DNA from: Rhodospirillales bacterium
Lineage (GTDB): Bacteria > Pseudomonadota > Alphaproteobacteria > Rhodospirillales > UBA2165
Direction of reading: 5' to 3'
Length of the DNA: 64,000 bases
NCBI GenBank assembly: GCA_030745835.1
Contig: JASLNU010000010.1
Span: 4,289-68,288, forward strand
Shown: positions 1 through 9,289 of the stretch, piece by piece
Numbering within the stretch: the first letter of the stretch is position 1
Layout: each line of letters begins with the position of its first letter
The notes under the pieces: model-generated
Seen by the model: the letters and a program-made list of their open reading frames with translations, nothing else
Database searches by the model: none
What the model was told of the DNA's origin: nothing
Made by a program: the position numbers and the translations under genes

Positions 1-317
1 GCGACGGCTCGACCGTCGATGCCGAAGGCTATATGTGGACGGCGGAATTGGTCACCGGCGAATTGGTGCGCCGGGCGCCTGACGGAAGCGAGGAACGGCG
101 CATCGGCATGCCGGTCAAAAACATCACCAGCGTCACCTTCGGCGGCGATGACATGGATGAAATTTACGTCACCACGATGTGCCGGGTGGACCATCCCGGC
201 GCCGCCGCCCATGGCCGCTTCGTGGTCGAGGACAAGCCCCAGTTCGGCGCCGGCTCGCTGTTCAAGCTCACCGGCCTCGGCATCCGCGGCATCCCGGAGC
301 CGAGGTTCGGGGGGTAA
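1..317 (+). CDS. SMP-30/gluconolactonase/LRE family protein, C-terminal part (5' end outside window)
   Basis: Frame of ORF 33..317 is open to the window edge. The block TSVTFGGDDMDEIYVTT resembles the last propeller blade of SMP-30/gluconolactonase proteins. Confidence 0.6.
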   Translation, partial: DGSTVDAEGYMWTAELVTGELVRRAPDGSEERRIGMPVKNITSVTFGGDDMDEIYVTTMCRVDHPGAAAHGRFVVEDKPQFGAGSLFKLTGLGIRGIPEPRFGG

Positions 318-400
318 GGGGGCCGAGCTGTTTGGCGGCGCGGGGACGAAATGTGCCCGTGTTGCAGAATTTGCCCAAAATCGGCCTTGTTAAATATACA

Positions 401-620
401 CACGAAACACAAAAAAAAGTGCATATTATCTTGACATGCACTCGTGATGTACATATTCTCAGGATATGCACTCAAAAAATAAAAATGAATGCATATTTTA
501 CCGACCTACACTCGCGGCATACATATCCTTAAATTATGCACTCGAAATAGAAAAAAAGTGCCTATTTTAAGGGTAATTAGAGGTGATGGGAAAATCTCGA
601 AATAGCCTACAAAAAAAACC
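401..620. repeat. Imperfect ~70-bp tandem repeat array (about 3.5 units) in the AT-rich spacer upstream of the fic-like gene
   Basis: Units start at 401, 469 and 539, with a partial unit near 594 (CTCGAAATAG recurs at 541 and 596). Shared blocks are A-run+GTGCATATT, ATGCACTCG and TACATAT. Units carry inverted GTGCATAT / ATATGCAC. Confidence 0.7.
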
Positions 621-642
621 AAGTTGGTTTGGAAATATCTAA

Positions 643-1782
643 ATGACTCCATTTAATCCGCTACGTCCCTACAACAGCTTGCCTGAACTTCCGCCAAAGG
701 CTGAACTGGAAACGCACGTCGTTCTAAAGAGTTGCCTCACGGCACGGGTTGCCTTGGAGGGGCTCAAGACAGCCGGTGCGCTAATTCCCAATCAGAATGT
801 ATTGATCAATTCCATTCCCTTGAGGGAAGCCAGAGACAGTTCTGCTATAGAAAACATCGTCACCACCGAGGACAAGCTATTTCATCACGCGGCGGCCCAG
901 GAGGGCGAAGCGGACCCGGCGACCAAGGAAACCTTGCGTTATCGGACGGCATTGTTCGAAGGATTTGTCGATATTCAGACCCGCCCGCTTTCAACGGCAA
1001 CCGCGGTCAAAATCTGCCGCACGATCCGCGCCGTCGAAATCGACATTCGAAACACACCGGGAACGGCGCTGCGCAGTACTGTTTCCCGGGAAATCATTTT
1101 TACGCCGCCGGAGGGCGAGCACCTGTTGCGCGAAAAGCTTGGCAATTGGGAACGCTATCTGAACGGAAAGGATGGTACCGATCCCCTCATTCGAATGGCT
1201 GTCGGGCATTATCAATTTGAAGCAATTCACCCATTCACCGATGGTAACGGCCGAACCGGACGGGCGCTCAATATATTGTACCTTATCGATCAGGGGTTGC
1301 TTGACATTCCCGTGCTTTATCTCAGCCGCTTTATTATCGAGAACAAGGATGATTATTACAGGCTGATCAGAGAGGTAACCGAAAACGGTGCGTGGGAATC
1401 TTGGATTCTCTATATGCTCGCCGCGATCGACGATACGGCCAAATGGACCAAGGCAAAAATCATCGCCATCAAGGCACTGATGGACCACACGCGTGATTAT
1501 ATCAGCGCGGTTTATCCAAAAATCTACAGCCGTGAATTGGTTGAATTGATTTTCATGCAGCCCTATTGCCGAATTGGACATTTAATCGATGCTAAAATTG
1601 CGCAAAGGAATGCCGCGTCCCGCTATCTAAAGGCATTGAGCGATATCGGTGTGCTGTCGGAGATGCAGATCGGCAGGGAAAAATTTTTCGTGCATCGGAA
1701 ATTTCTGAAATTGCTGATGGCCGAGGTAAACAAATTCATGCTCTATGGCCCGAGGCTCAGCGATGAACCTGGACCGAACTAG
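643..1782 (+). CDS. Fic family protein (AMPylase-type Fic domain with N-terminal inhibitory-helix motif)
   Basis: 379-aa ORF with Fic motif HPFTDGNGRTGR. SSAIEN fits the [S/T]xxxE[G/N] inhibitory motif. GC is visibly lower than in the flanking genes. Confidence 0.9.
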   Translation: MTPFNPLRPYNSLPELPPKAELETHVVLKSCLTARVALEGLKTAGALIPNQNVLINSIPLREARDSSAIENIVTTEDKLFHHAAAQEGEADPATKETLRYRTALFEGFVDIQTRPLSTATAVKICRTIRAVEIDIRNTPGTALRSTVSREIIFTPPEGEHLLREKLGNWERYLNGKDGTDPLIRMAVGHYQFEAIHPFTDGNGRTGRALNILYLIDQGLLDIPVLYLSRFIIENKDDYYRLIREVTENGAWESWILYMLAAIDDTAKWTKAKIIAIKALMDHTRDYISAVYPKIYSRELVELIFMQPYCRIGHLIDAKIAQRNAASRYLKALSDIGVLSEMQIGREKFFVHRKFLKLLMAEVNKFMLYGPRLSDEPGPN

Positions 1783-1786
1783 AGTG

Positions 1787-1811
1787 CGGGAAACGGCCAA
1801 AATGTTTCCCG
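1787..1811. terminator. Short GC hairpin between convergent genes (possible bidirectional terminator)
   Basis: CGGGAAAC (1787-1794) pairs with GTTTCCCG (1804-1811). There is no clear T-tract. Confidence 0.25.
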
Positions 1812-1819
1812 ACCCGCCA

Positions 1820-2683
1820 TCAACACCCCTCCGCAAATTCCATGTAGAGCGCCCGCACGCGCTCATAGACCGGGCCGGGTTGCAGATCGCGGGTATCGAG
1901 GCGGATGCAGGGCATGATCTTGGAGTAATTGCCGGTCGAGAACAGCTCGTCGGCCTCGGCCAGTTCGCCGTAGTCCACCGTCCGCTCCTCGACCTCGGTG
2001 CCGTCGGCGGCGAGCAGTTGGATCACCCTTTGCCGGGTGATGCCGTTGAGGAAGGTGCCGTTCGGCGCCGGCGTTACAATCTGCCCGTCGCGCGTGAAAA
2101 AAAGGTTGGTGTAGGCGAACTCGGCGACATTGCCAAAGGGGTCGAGGACGACGGCGGTATCGAAGCCCTTGTCGCGCGCCTCCTGCACGGCGCGGGCCAC
2201 GTTCGGGTAAAGGCAGGAGGCCTTGGCCTCGGTCGGCGCCTGGTCGCGGTCCGGGCGGCGGAAGCTGGAGAGGCAGGCGGAAAAACCGGCGGGCTCGGGC
2301 AGCGGTGCTTCGTAGATGGAGAGCACGAACTTGGTGCTTTCGGCGACCGGCGTGATGAAGCCGTCCTCGGCGTAATACATCGGGCAGATGTAAAGATCGA
2401 TATCGGGCGGAAAGGCCTTCATGCCGTCCCGCGCCAAGGCCTCGATCTCCGCCGCTTCCAATGTCGGGTTGAGGCCCAGAATCTCGGCCGAGCGGTTGAC
2501 CCGCCGGCAATGCAGATCGAGGTCCGGGATATGCCTGCCGATCGAGCGGGCACCGTCGAAGACGATCGAGGACAGCCACATGGCCTGGCTGTCGGGCGCC
2601 AGCACCGGCGGGCTGCCGTCATGCCATTCGCCGTCGGCGTAGGTGCGGGTCAGGCGCCCCGGTTCGTTCATGGTTTTGGCCAT
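1820..2683 (-). CDS. Class IV aminotransferase (branched-chain amino acid aminotransferase-like)
   Basis: 287-aa ORF. Length and blocks (NLFFTRDGQIVTP, FLNGITR, ELFSTGN) are typical of fold-type IV PLP aminotransferases. Confidence 0.8.
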   Translation of the reverse strand: MAKTMNEPGRLTRTYADGEWHDGSPPVLAPDSQAMWLSSIVFDGARSIGRHIPDLDLHCRRVNRSAEILGLNPTLEAAEIEALARDGMKAFPPDIDLYICPMYYAEDGFITPVAESTKFVLSIYEAPLPEPAGFSACLSSFRRPDRDQAPTEAKASCLYPNVARAVQEARDKGFDTAVVLDPFGNVAEFAYTNLFFTRDGQIVTPAPNGTFLNGITRQRVIQLLAADGTEVEERTVDYGELAEADELFSTGNYSKIMPCIRLDTRDLQPGPVYERVRALYMEFAEGC

Positions 2684-2709
2684 CTGCGTTCCTCGTCTTT
2701 GCGCTCACT

Positions 2710-3177
2710 TTACCTGCGTTCGGTAAAAAAGTCCTTTAACAACTCAGCCGCCTTGGTTTCCTCGATGCCGCCATAGATTTCGGGCGCGTGGTGGCAGGTG
2801 GGCTGGCTGAAAATGCGGGGCCCGTGTTCGACGCCGCCGCCCTTGGCGTCATAGGCGCCGAAATAGAGGCGCCTGAGCCGGGCGAACGAGATCGCGGCGG
2901 CGCACATCGGGCAGGGCTCCAACGTGACGTAGAGATCGCAATCGGCCAGCCTGGGCGCGCCCAGGGCCTCGCCGGCGGCGCGGATGACCAGCATTTCGGC
3001 GTGCGCCGTCGGATCGCCCCGTTCGATCATGCGGTTGCCGTCGGCGGCCAGCACCGCGCCGGAAGCGTCCACCAGCACCGCGCCGACCGGCACCTCGGCG
3101 CGGGCGCCGGCGTTTCTGGCATGGCTGAGCGCCAGGGCCATCGGATTTTCCAGGGGTTCCTTTGGGGCATCGTTCAT
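2710..3177 (-). CDS. tadA: tRNA adenosine(34) deaminase
   Basis: Deaminase motifs HAE and PCPMC in HAEMLVIRAAG...TLEPCPMCAAAI. Start placed at ATG 3177 (MNDAPKEP), giving ~155 aa. The ORF track begins at 3213. Confidence 0.85.
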   Translation of the reverse strand: MNDAPKEPLENPMALALSHARNAGARAEVPVGAVLVDASGAVLAADGNRMIERGDPTAHAEMLVIRAAGEALGAPRLADCDLYVTLEPCPMCAAAISFARLRRLYFGAYDAKGGGVEHGPRIFSQPTCHHAPEIYGGIEETKAAELLKDFFTERR

Positions 3178-3257
3178 GCCGCCAAACTGGAGCAAGTGTC
3201 TATGGATGGTCAAGGGCGGGCGTTGCGCGGCCCCGGGTCCCGTCCTAAAGTGCGGCT

Positions 3258-3995
3258 ATGAGCAGCGAAGCCCCGCGTACACTCAATAAGCCCTTGATCG
3301 GCATCACCGCCGATACCGAGGAGCCCGGCGGATATTCCAAATTTCCGTGGTATGCGCTCAGGCACAATTACGCCTCGGCGATCGCCAAGGCGGGCGGGCT
3401 GCCCCTGATCCTGCCGCAAGAGATGGACTTGGCCGCCGAGCTTTTGGGCGCCGTCGATGGTTTGGTGGTGACCGGTGGCAATTTCGATGTGGATCCCGCT
3501 TTCTATGGCGATGAGGAGGAGCACGAAACGGTCAATTTGAAGGAGGAGAGGACCGAATTCGAGATCGCCATCACCCGCGCCGCGCTGGAACGGGACATGC
3601 CGGTCCTCGGTATCTGCGGCGGCCAGCAGCTGCTGGCGGTGGTCCTCGGCGGCACCTTGATCCAGCATATCCCGGACGAGGTGGCGGACGCGCTCCCCCA
3701 CGAGCAACCGGGTCCCAGGGACCAGCCCGGCCACGCCGTCGCCATCCAGCCCGGCACCCTTTTGCACCGCATCACCGGCGCCGGGACCATGAACGTCAAT
3801 TCCGCCCACCATCAGGCGGTCAAGGAGGTTTCAGGCTCGATGGTCGTCAACGCCCGCGCCTCCGACGGTGTCATCGAGGGCATCGAGGCGCCGCGCCAGC
3901 GCTTCTGCATCGGCGTGCAATGGCATCCCGAGTTCGAAATTGATGCCGGCGATATCAGAATCTTCGCGGCCTTTGTCGATGCCGCGCGCAAATAA
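3258..3995 (+). CDS. Gamma-glutamyl-gamma-aminobutyrate hydrolase family protein (class I glutamine amidotransferase, peptidase C26)
   Basis: 245-aa ORF with nucleophile elbow GICGGQQLL and a downstream WHPE block typical of C26/PuuD-like amidotransferases. Confidence 0.8.
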   Translation: MSSEAPRTLNKPLIGITADTEEPGGYSKFPWYALRHNYASAIAKAGGLPLILPQEMDLAAELLGAVDGLVVTGGNFDVDPAFYGDEEEHETVNLKEERTEFEIAITRAALERDMPVLGICGGQQLLAVVLGGTLIQHIPDEVADALPHEQPGPRDQPGHAVAIQPGTLLHRITGAGTMNVNSAHHQAVKEVSGSMVVNARASDGVIEGIEAPRQRFCIGVQWHPEFEIDAGDIRIFAAFVDAARK

Positions 3996-4767
3996 AGCCG
4001 CCGCCATCGAGCCCCCGAAGGGCGAGCGCATCGCCAAGGTTCTGGCCCGCGCCGGCCTTTGTTCCCGGCGCGAGGCGGAACGCTGGATCGCCGAGCGCCG
4101 GGTCGCCGTCGATGGCGAGGTGCTGACCACGCCCGCCGTCCTGGTCACCGAGGCCAGCCGCATTACCGTCGACGGCGAGGGCATTCCGAAAAGCGGTCCG
4201 GCGCGGCTCTGGCGTTATCACAAGACGCCGGGGCTGCTGACCACCCATCACGACCCGGAAGGGCGGCCGACCATATTCGATCGAATGCCGGAAAAAATGC
4301 CGCGCGTTATTTCCGTCGGGCGGCTCGATCTCAATTCGGAAGGGCTGATGCTGCTGACCAATGACGGCGAACTGGCGCGCAAGTTGGAACTGCCGGCCAC
4401 CGGCTGGACGCGGCGTTACCGGGTACGGGTGCATGGCCGCGTCGATGAAGCGAAGCTGGCCGCTCTCGCCGGCGGCATCGAGTTGGATGGGGTGCGCTAC
4501 GCCGGCATCCGCGCCGCCCTCGACCGCGCGCAGGGCGCCAATGCCTGGCTAAGCGTTGCCCTGGTGGAAGGCAAGAACCGCGAGATCAGGAAGGTCATGG
4601 AACATCTCGGCCTCAGCGTGAACCGGCTGATCCGCGTCGCCTTCGGGCCGTTTCAGCTGGGCGCCCTTGCCAAGGGCGAGGTCGAGGAGGTCAAGGAAAA
4701 GGCGCTGGCCGAGCAGATGGGCTGGCAGCGAAAGAAACCGGATGCGCATCGTCGGCGGAAAAAATAA
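3979..4767 (+). CDS. rluB: Pseudouridine synthase, RluB/RsuA family (S4 domain + catalytic domain)
   Basis: S4 block ERIAKVLARAGLCSRREAERWI and catalytic block VGRLDLNSEGLMLLTNDG. Start placed at ATG 3979; the ORF from 3868 overlaps the upstream gene. Confidence 0.85.
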   Translation: MPRANKAAAIEPPKGERIAKVLARAGLCSRREAERWIAERRVAVDGEVLTTPAVLVTEASRITVDGEGIPKSGPARLWRYHKTPGLLTTHHDPEGRPTIFDRMPEKMPRVISVGRLDLNSEGLMLLTNDGELARKLELPATGWTRRYRVRVHGRVDEAKLAALAGGIELDGVRYAGIRAALDRAQGANAWLSVALVEGKNREIRKVMEHLGLSVNRLIRVAFGPFQLGALAKGEVEEVKEKALAEQMGWQRKKPDAHRRRKK

Positions 4768-5299
4768 AGGACAGCGCCTGGCGGCGCTCAAGGGGGCGGC
4801 GACGCGGCCCACCTCCGACCGTATCCGCGAAGCGCTGTTCAACATCCTGGCGCATGGCATCGGCCTGGAATTAGAGGGATGCGCGGTTCTAGATGCGTTC
4901 GCCGGCACCGGCGCCCTTGGATTGGAGGCTTTGTCGCGGGGCGCCGCATCGGCGCTGTTTATCGACTATTCGGAAGCGGCGCTCGATCAGGTTCGCGAAA
5001 ACGCCGAAGCGTTGAACGAAGATGCGGTGGTGGCAATGCGCGCCGATATCCGGAAGCTCGGTCCGCCGCCCGCCGGCATGGCTCCGGCCGGGCTCGTCTT
5101 CCTCGATCCGCCCTACGGCGAGGCATTGATCGGGGCGGCGCTCGGCGTGCTGGCCGGGCCGGGCTGGCTGGCGGACGGCGCCGTCCTGGTCGCCGAAACC
5201 GGCAAGTCCGAGGACATCGAGGTTCCGGAAAAATTCGTGGTCATCGATGAGCGCGGCTACGGATCGACCAACATTATGTTTCTGAGATACAGCGCCTAG
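4742..5299 (+). CDS. rsmD: 16S rRNA (guanine(966)-N(2))-methyltransferase
   Basis: MRIVGGKNKGQRL...TRPTSDRIREALFNIL and the DPPYG motif. Start at ATG 4742. Confidence 0.85.
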   Translation: MRIVGGKNKGQRLAALKGAATRPTSDRIREALFNILAHGIGLELEGCAVLDAFAGTGALGLEALSRGAASALFIDYSEAALDQVRENAEALNEDAVVAMRADIRKLGPPPAGMAPAGLVFLDPPYGEALIGAALGVLAGPGWLADGAVLVAETGKSEDIEVPEKFVVIDERGYGSTNIMFLRYSA

Positions 5300-5353
5300 T
5301 ACGCCCCAACGGAAGTCCGTCGTAGGGGGTCGGGACTTCCGCTGGGGCGTACT
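5298..5353. other. Long near-perfect hairpin (21-bp stem, 14-nt loop) directly after rsmD
   Basis: AGTACGCCCCAACGGAAGTCC (5298-5318) pairs with GGACTTCCGCTGGGGCGTACT (5333-5353) with 1 mismatch. The stem starts in the rsmD TAG stop codon. No T-tract follows. Confidence 0.7.
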
Positions 5354-5501
5354 AAGCTTACCTGTTTGCATGGCAGCCATGCCGCCGGCGCGGAATATTT
5401 CACGGAAAATTGTGACCGTTCCGCGTCGGAAAGTATTGCGCCGGTCCGTTAGCGATACAAATCAGATGATACGCTTCAACAAATTCATAAGCAGAGTACA
5501 A

Positions 5502-6056
5502 ATGAAAAAATACCTGACCCTCTCCATTATCGCTCTTACGGTTCTCAACCTCGTCACATTCCCGGGAACCTCTTCGGCGCGCGCCGCCGAAACCGAAAAT
5601 GCGCGTCATCTGGCCGGCGTTTGCGGCGCCGACATCCAATTCCCCCAAAACAAGGAGGAATTGAGCAAGTTCGATGTCGAGCATGCGCTGCGTCAGCATT
5701 TCACCCGGGCCGGGGTCTCGCTGGCCAGGGTTGAAAGCAGCCGCGCCGGGGAAGACGTCATCACCGCGCGCGTTTATCTGAAAGACGGGCCGCTGTTCTG
5801 GTCGGTGCGGGTGGATGCCGCCGAGGCGCGCATCATCGCGAGCCGTTATCATCTCAGGCCGGTGGGATTTGGTGCTGGCGGTTTCGGTGCCGCCGGCGGG
5901 CTTTCCGGCGTGCATGGCCTCAAGCGTGAAATTTCCGACACCCAGCGCCTGCGCCGCCATATGCTCGGCGATGGCCAGCCCTGGGGTGATTGGGTTGCGG
6001 GTATCAAATCCACCTGCGCCGACGATTACCGGCACGGCGCGCCGGAAATTTTTTAG
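5502..6056 (+). CDS. Hypothetical secreted protein (signal peptide; possible PepSY-like core)
   Basis: ATG 5502 gives [28 protein letters not shown], a signal-like N-terminus. The C-terminal ~70 aa are Gly-rich and may be fortuitous read-through. The start in the ORF track (5370) is unlikely. Confidence 0.4.
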   Translation: MKKYLTLSIIALTVLNLVTFPGTSSARAAETENARHLAGVCGADIQFPQNKEELSKFDVEHALRQHFTRAGVSLARVESSRAGEDVITARVYLKDGPLFWSVRVDAAEARIIASRYHLRPVGFGAGGFGAAGGLSGVHGLKREISDTQRLRRHMLGDGQPWGDWVAGIKSTCADDYRHGAPEIF

Positions 6057-7873
6057 CGGCGGCCGAACAGCTTTTCGATATCGGCGAGCTTAAGCTCCAC
6101 ATAGGTGGGGCGGCCGTGATTGCATTGGCCGGCGTGCGGCGTCACTTCCATGCGCCGGAGGAGGGCGTTCATTTCACCTGAATTGAGGCGCCGGCCGGCG
6201 CGCACGCTGCCGTGGCAGGCCATGGTCGCCGAAATGTCGGCCAGCTTGTCTTTCAGCGATAGGGCCTCGCCGAGTTCCGCCAAATCATCGGCCAGGTCGC
6301 GGATCAGGCCGCCGGCATCTACTTCGCCAAGCAGCGCCGGCGTTTCGCGCACCACCACGGCGCCGGGGCCGAAAGCCTCGACGGTTAATCCCAGTTCGGC
6401 CAGCGCTTCGGCATGCGCCACGACGCGCTCTGCCTCTGCCTCGCTCAATTCAACCACTTCCGGGATCAGCAGGCCCTGGCGCTTGACTCCGGCATTTTCG
6501 ATGGCGGCCTTCATATCTTCGTAGACCAGCCGTTCGTGGGCGGCGTGCTGATCGATGATTACGATGCCGTCCTCGGTCTGGGCGACGATATAGGTTTCGT
6601 GCACCTGCGCCCGAGCGACGCCGAGCGGCCAGTCGGTATCGCCGTCAACCGGGGTAAATTTGGTTTCCTGGCGTGCCGAGGGCGGCGCATCCAGTCCAGA
6701 AAGCGGGACGTGGTAAGGTACGTTTTCTTCCGAAAGACCCGATGGCGGCGGGCGCCCGTATTGCCGGCGGCCAAAGTTTCCCGCCGGCGCGCCGGCATGT
6801 TGGCGCGCCCGAAAGGCGCCCATGGCTTCGGCGCCGACGCTTGTCGAAGCCCGGTGGCCGGCTTCGGCGAGGGCGTGCTTCAGGGCGCTGACGATCAGCC
6901 CGCGCACCAGGCCGGGATCGCGGAAGCGCACTTCCGTTTTTGCCGGATGCACGTTGATATCCACCTGATAGGCCGGGATTTCCAGGAACAGGGCCAGCAG
7001 GGGATGCCGGTCGTGGGCGAGGAAATCGCGGTAGGCGCCGCGCACCGCGCCGAACAAAAGCTTGTCGCGCACCGGGCGGCCATTGACGATGAGGAACTGC
7101 AAGGCGGCGTTGCCCCGGTTGAGGGTGGGCAGGCCGATATGGCCGGTTAGGCGGATGCCTTCGCGTTCCGCTTCCACCGGCAATGCGTTTTCGGCGAAGG
7201 CGTTACCCATGATGGCGTCGACCCGGTCCAGGCGCGAGGTCAGCAGATCGCCTTGCGCCGCCGCCAAATTCAGGAGGCTGCGATTGCCGTCGCCGAGGGA
7301 AAACGCGATCTCCGGATGGGCCATCGCCAGGCGCTTGACCGCATCCAGCGCGTGGCTGCGTTCGGTGCTTTCGGCCTTCAGGAATTTCAGCCGCGCCGGC
7401 GTCGCAAAAAACAAATCGCGCACCTCGACCGTGGTTCCCGGCGGCCGGGCGGCGGGAACCGGTTCCGACTTGGCGCCGCCCTCCAGCGTAATTTGCCAGG
7501 CGCTGTCGGCGCCCCCAGTGCCGTCATTGCCCGTGGCGCGGCTGGTCACCGACATGCGGCTGACCGAGCCGATCGACGGCAGCGCCTCGCCCCGGAACCC
7601 GAGGGTATTTATTTGCTGCAGATCGTCGCCCGCCAATTTCGATGTGGCATGGCGTTCGACGGCCAGGTCCAATTCATCCGCCGTCATGCCGCCGCCGTCG
7701 TCGGCCACCGAAAGATAGGTGCGCCCGCCGTCCCGGATGATCACATCGATGCGCCGGGCGCCGGCATCGATGCTGTTTTCCACCAATTCCTTGACCGCCG
7801 AGGCCGGCCGCTCGACCACTTCGCCGGCGGCGATGCGGTTGACGGTGGTCGGCGGCAGCAGCCTTATGGTCAT
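6053..7873 (-). CDS. mutL: DNA mismatch repair endonuclease MutL
   Basis: 606 aa. N-terminal GHKL block [26 protein letters not shown] and C-terminal [17 protein letters not shown] blocks. Confidence 0.95.
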   Translation of the reverse strand: MTIRLLPPTTVNRIAAGEVVERPASAVKELVENSIDAGARRIDVIIRDGGRTYLSVADDGGGMTADELDLAVERHATSKLAGDDLQQINTLGFRGEALPSIGSVSRMSVTSRATGNDGTGGADSAWQITLEGGAKSEPVPAARPPGTTVEVRDLFFATPARLKFLKAESTERSHALDAVKRLAMAHPEIAFSLGDGNRSLLNLAAAQGDLLTSRLDRVDAIMGNAFAENALPVEAEREGIRLTGHIGLPTLNRGNAALQFLIVNGRPVRDKLLFGAVRGAYRDFLAHDRHPLLALFLEIPAYQVDINVHPAKTEVRFRDPGLVRGLIVSALKHALAEAGHRASTSVGAEAMGAFRARQHAGAPAGNFGRRQYGRPPPSGLSEENVPYHVPLSGLDAPPSARQETKFTPVDGDTDWPLGVARAQVHETYIVAQTEDGIVIIDQHAAHERLVYEDMKAAIENAGVKRQGLLIPEVVELSEAEAERVVAHAEALAELGLTVEAFGPGAVVVRETPALLGEVDAGGLIRDLADDLAELGEALSLKDKLADISATMACHGSVRAGRRLNSGEMNALLRRMEVTPHAGQCNHGRPTYVELKLADIEKLFGRR

Positions 7874-9183
7874 GCTCCGTCTTCCTCTAAATAACGGCGG
7901 GCCTTGATCTTGCCGTCCTCGACGGCGGGCTGGTCGAAGGCATTGACGCCGAGAAGATGCGCCGCGATCACGGTTTCGGCCATGAAATGCATCATCAAGG
8001 CGCCGATCGACGCCTCGTCCAGCGCATCGATTGTGATGATCCGGGTCGGCCTGTCATGTTGGATCAGGGTATCTTTGGTGGCCCGCTGTTCGGCGTCCAA
8101 TAGATCGCCCATGCGCCGCCCGGCCAGGTAGTCGAGCCCGGCGCCCGCCGCCAGTTCCGGGTCCATGATCCCGCCGCCGCCTTTTGCCGGTGCAAATATC
8201 AGGGTGAACATCTTGTCGTTGGGGCCATCCAGGTAAAGCTGCAACTGGCTGTGCTGATCGACGGCGCCGAGGGCGTCGATCGGCGTCGTGCCGAAACCGT
8301 TCTTGCCCAGGCTTTCGGCCCAAAGCTGGCGGAACCAAAGCCCGAAATCGGCCATCCGGTCCAGATACGGCATCAACACCGTGGCGCCGACGCCGCGCGT
8401 CCGGTTGAGGCCGATATTGATGGCGGCGCCGATGGCCGGGGCGAAGGCATCGGGGGCGGCGCCATCGGCAAGCGGTGCGATGGTGTCGGCGGCGCCCCCG
8501 CGCAAGGCTTCGGCGTCGAGCCCGGCGATCATCGCCGGCAACAGGCCGACCACGGTTAATACGGAAAAACGTCCGCCGACGCCGGGGTGGTGGTCGAGCA
8601 CCGGCATGCCGAACCTATCGGCGATGGCGCGCAGCGGCCGGGCGCCGGGTTCGGTTATGGCGGTGAAATGTTCGCCGAGCGCGGCCTCGGACAAGCGTTC
8701 GCGCATCATCCCGGCGGAGACCAGCAGCTGGCTCAGCGTTTCGGCGGTGGCGCCGGATTTGGAGGTTGTGATGAAGCCGGTGCGCGCCGGATCGATGGCG
8801 GTGAACAGGCGGGCGAAGCTGTCCGGATCGACATTATCCATGAAATGCAGGCGCGGTTTGTCGAGAGCGCCATCGACGCCCGGGCGTGCCGGCGCCGCAA
8901 GGCCGCACAAGGTGCGCCCGCCGAGGTTGGAACCGCCGATACCGAGCAACACGACATCGTCGAATTCCTCGATATGACGCTGGGCGACGGCCTCGAGTGC
9001 GCCTAAGTTTTCTGCATCGCGGTCCATATCGAGGAACGGGAGGGAACGGTCGGCGTGACCGGCGCGAAGGAAATCAAGCGCGGCGGCGCATTCGCCAAGA
9101 ATCCCGCGATATTCATCTTCATCGAGGCCGCTGTCGCCGACCGACGCGGTGAAACAGCCCTCTGTATCTTGCCGGTAGATCAC
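7870..9183 (-). CDS. pgi: Glucose-6-phosphate isomerase
   Basis: 437 aa with SIS/PGI blocks [10 protein letters not shown] and [13 protein letters not shown]. Overlaps the mutL start by 4 nt. Confidence 0.85.
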   Translation of the reverse strand: MIYRQDTEGCFTASVGDSGLDEDEYRGILGECAAALDFLRAGHADRSLPFLDMDRDAENLGALEAVAQRHIEEFDDVVLLGIGGSNLGGRTLCGLAAPARPGVDGALDKPRLHFMDNVDPDSFARLFTAIDPARTGFITTSKSGATAETLSQLLVSAGMMRERLSEAALGEHFTAITEPGARPLRAIADRFGMPVLDHHPGVGGRFSVLTVVGLLPAMIAGLDAEALRGGAADTIAPLADGAAPDAFAPAIGAAINIGLNRTRGVGATVLMPYLDRMADFGLWFRQLWAESLGKNGFGTTPIDALGAVDQHSQLQLYLDGPNDKMFTLIFAPAKGGGGIMDPELAAGAGLDYLAGRRMGDLLDAEQRATKDTLIQHDRPTRIITIDALDEASIGALMMHFMAETVIAAHLLGVNAFDQPAVEDGKIKARRYLEEDGA

Positions 9184-9289
9184 ACCCTGAGCTTCGTCCT
9201 GTTATTCAAGGGCAGAGTAGCAAATGCTGGGAACCGCAACCAGTCTGCGCAACTCGGTGGGAAAGCGTCCCGTTAAGCCCTTGATCGGA

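Noticed and set aside
3868-3978. Long N-terminal extension in the ORF track at 3868, with similar cases at 4667, 12128, 13364, 16186, 24705, 36174, 51021 and 56685
   Set aside because: The extensions overlap the preceding gene or are Arg/Ser/Ala-rich. In each case a downstream start codon coincides with the onset of the conserved protein sequence.
5400-6035. Minus-strand ORF starting [34 protein letters not shown], reminiscent of the (I/V)PVIxxGG...ALGA strand-loop of FMN/TIM-barrel enzymes
   Set aside because: Only ~45 residues look protein-like. They would be a C-terminal-type motif placed at an N-terminus, and the rest is low complexity antisense to a signal-peptide ORF. At most it is an ancient gene remnant, and I cannot support it.
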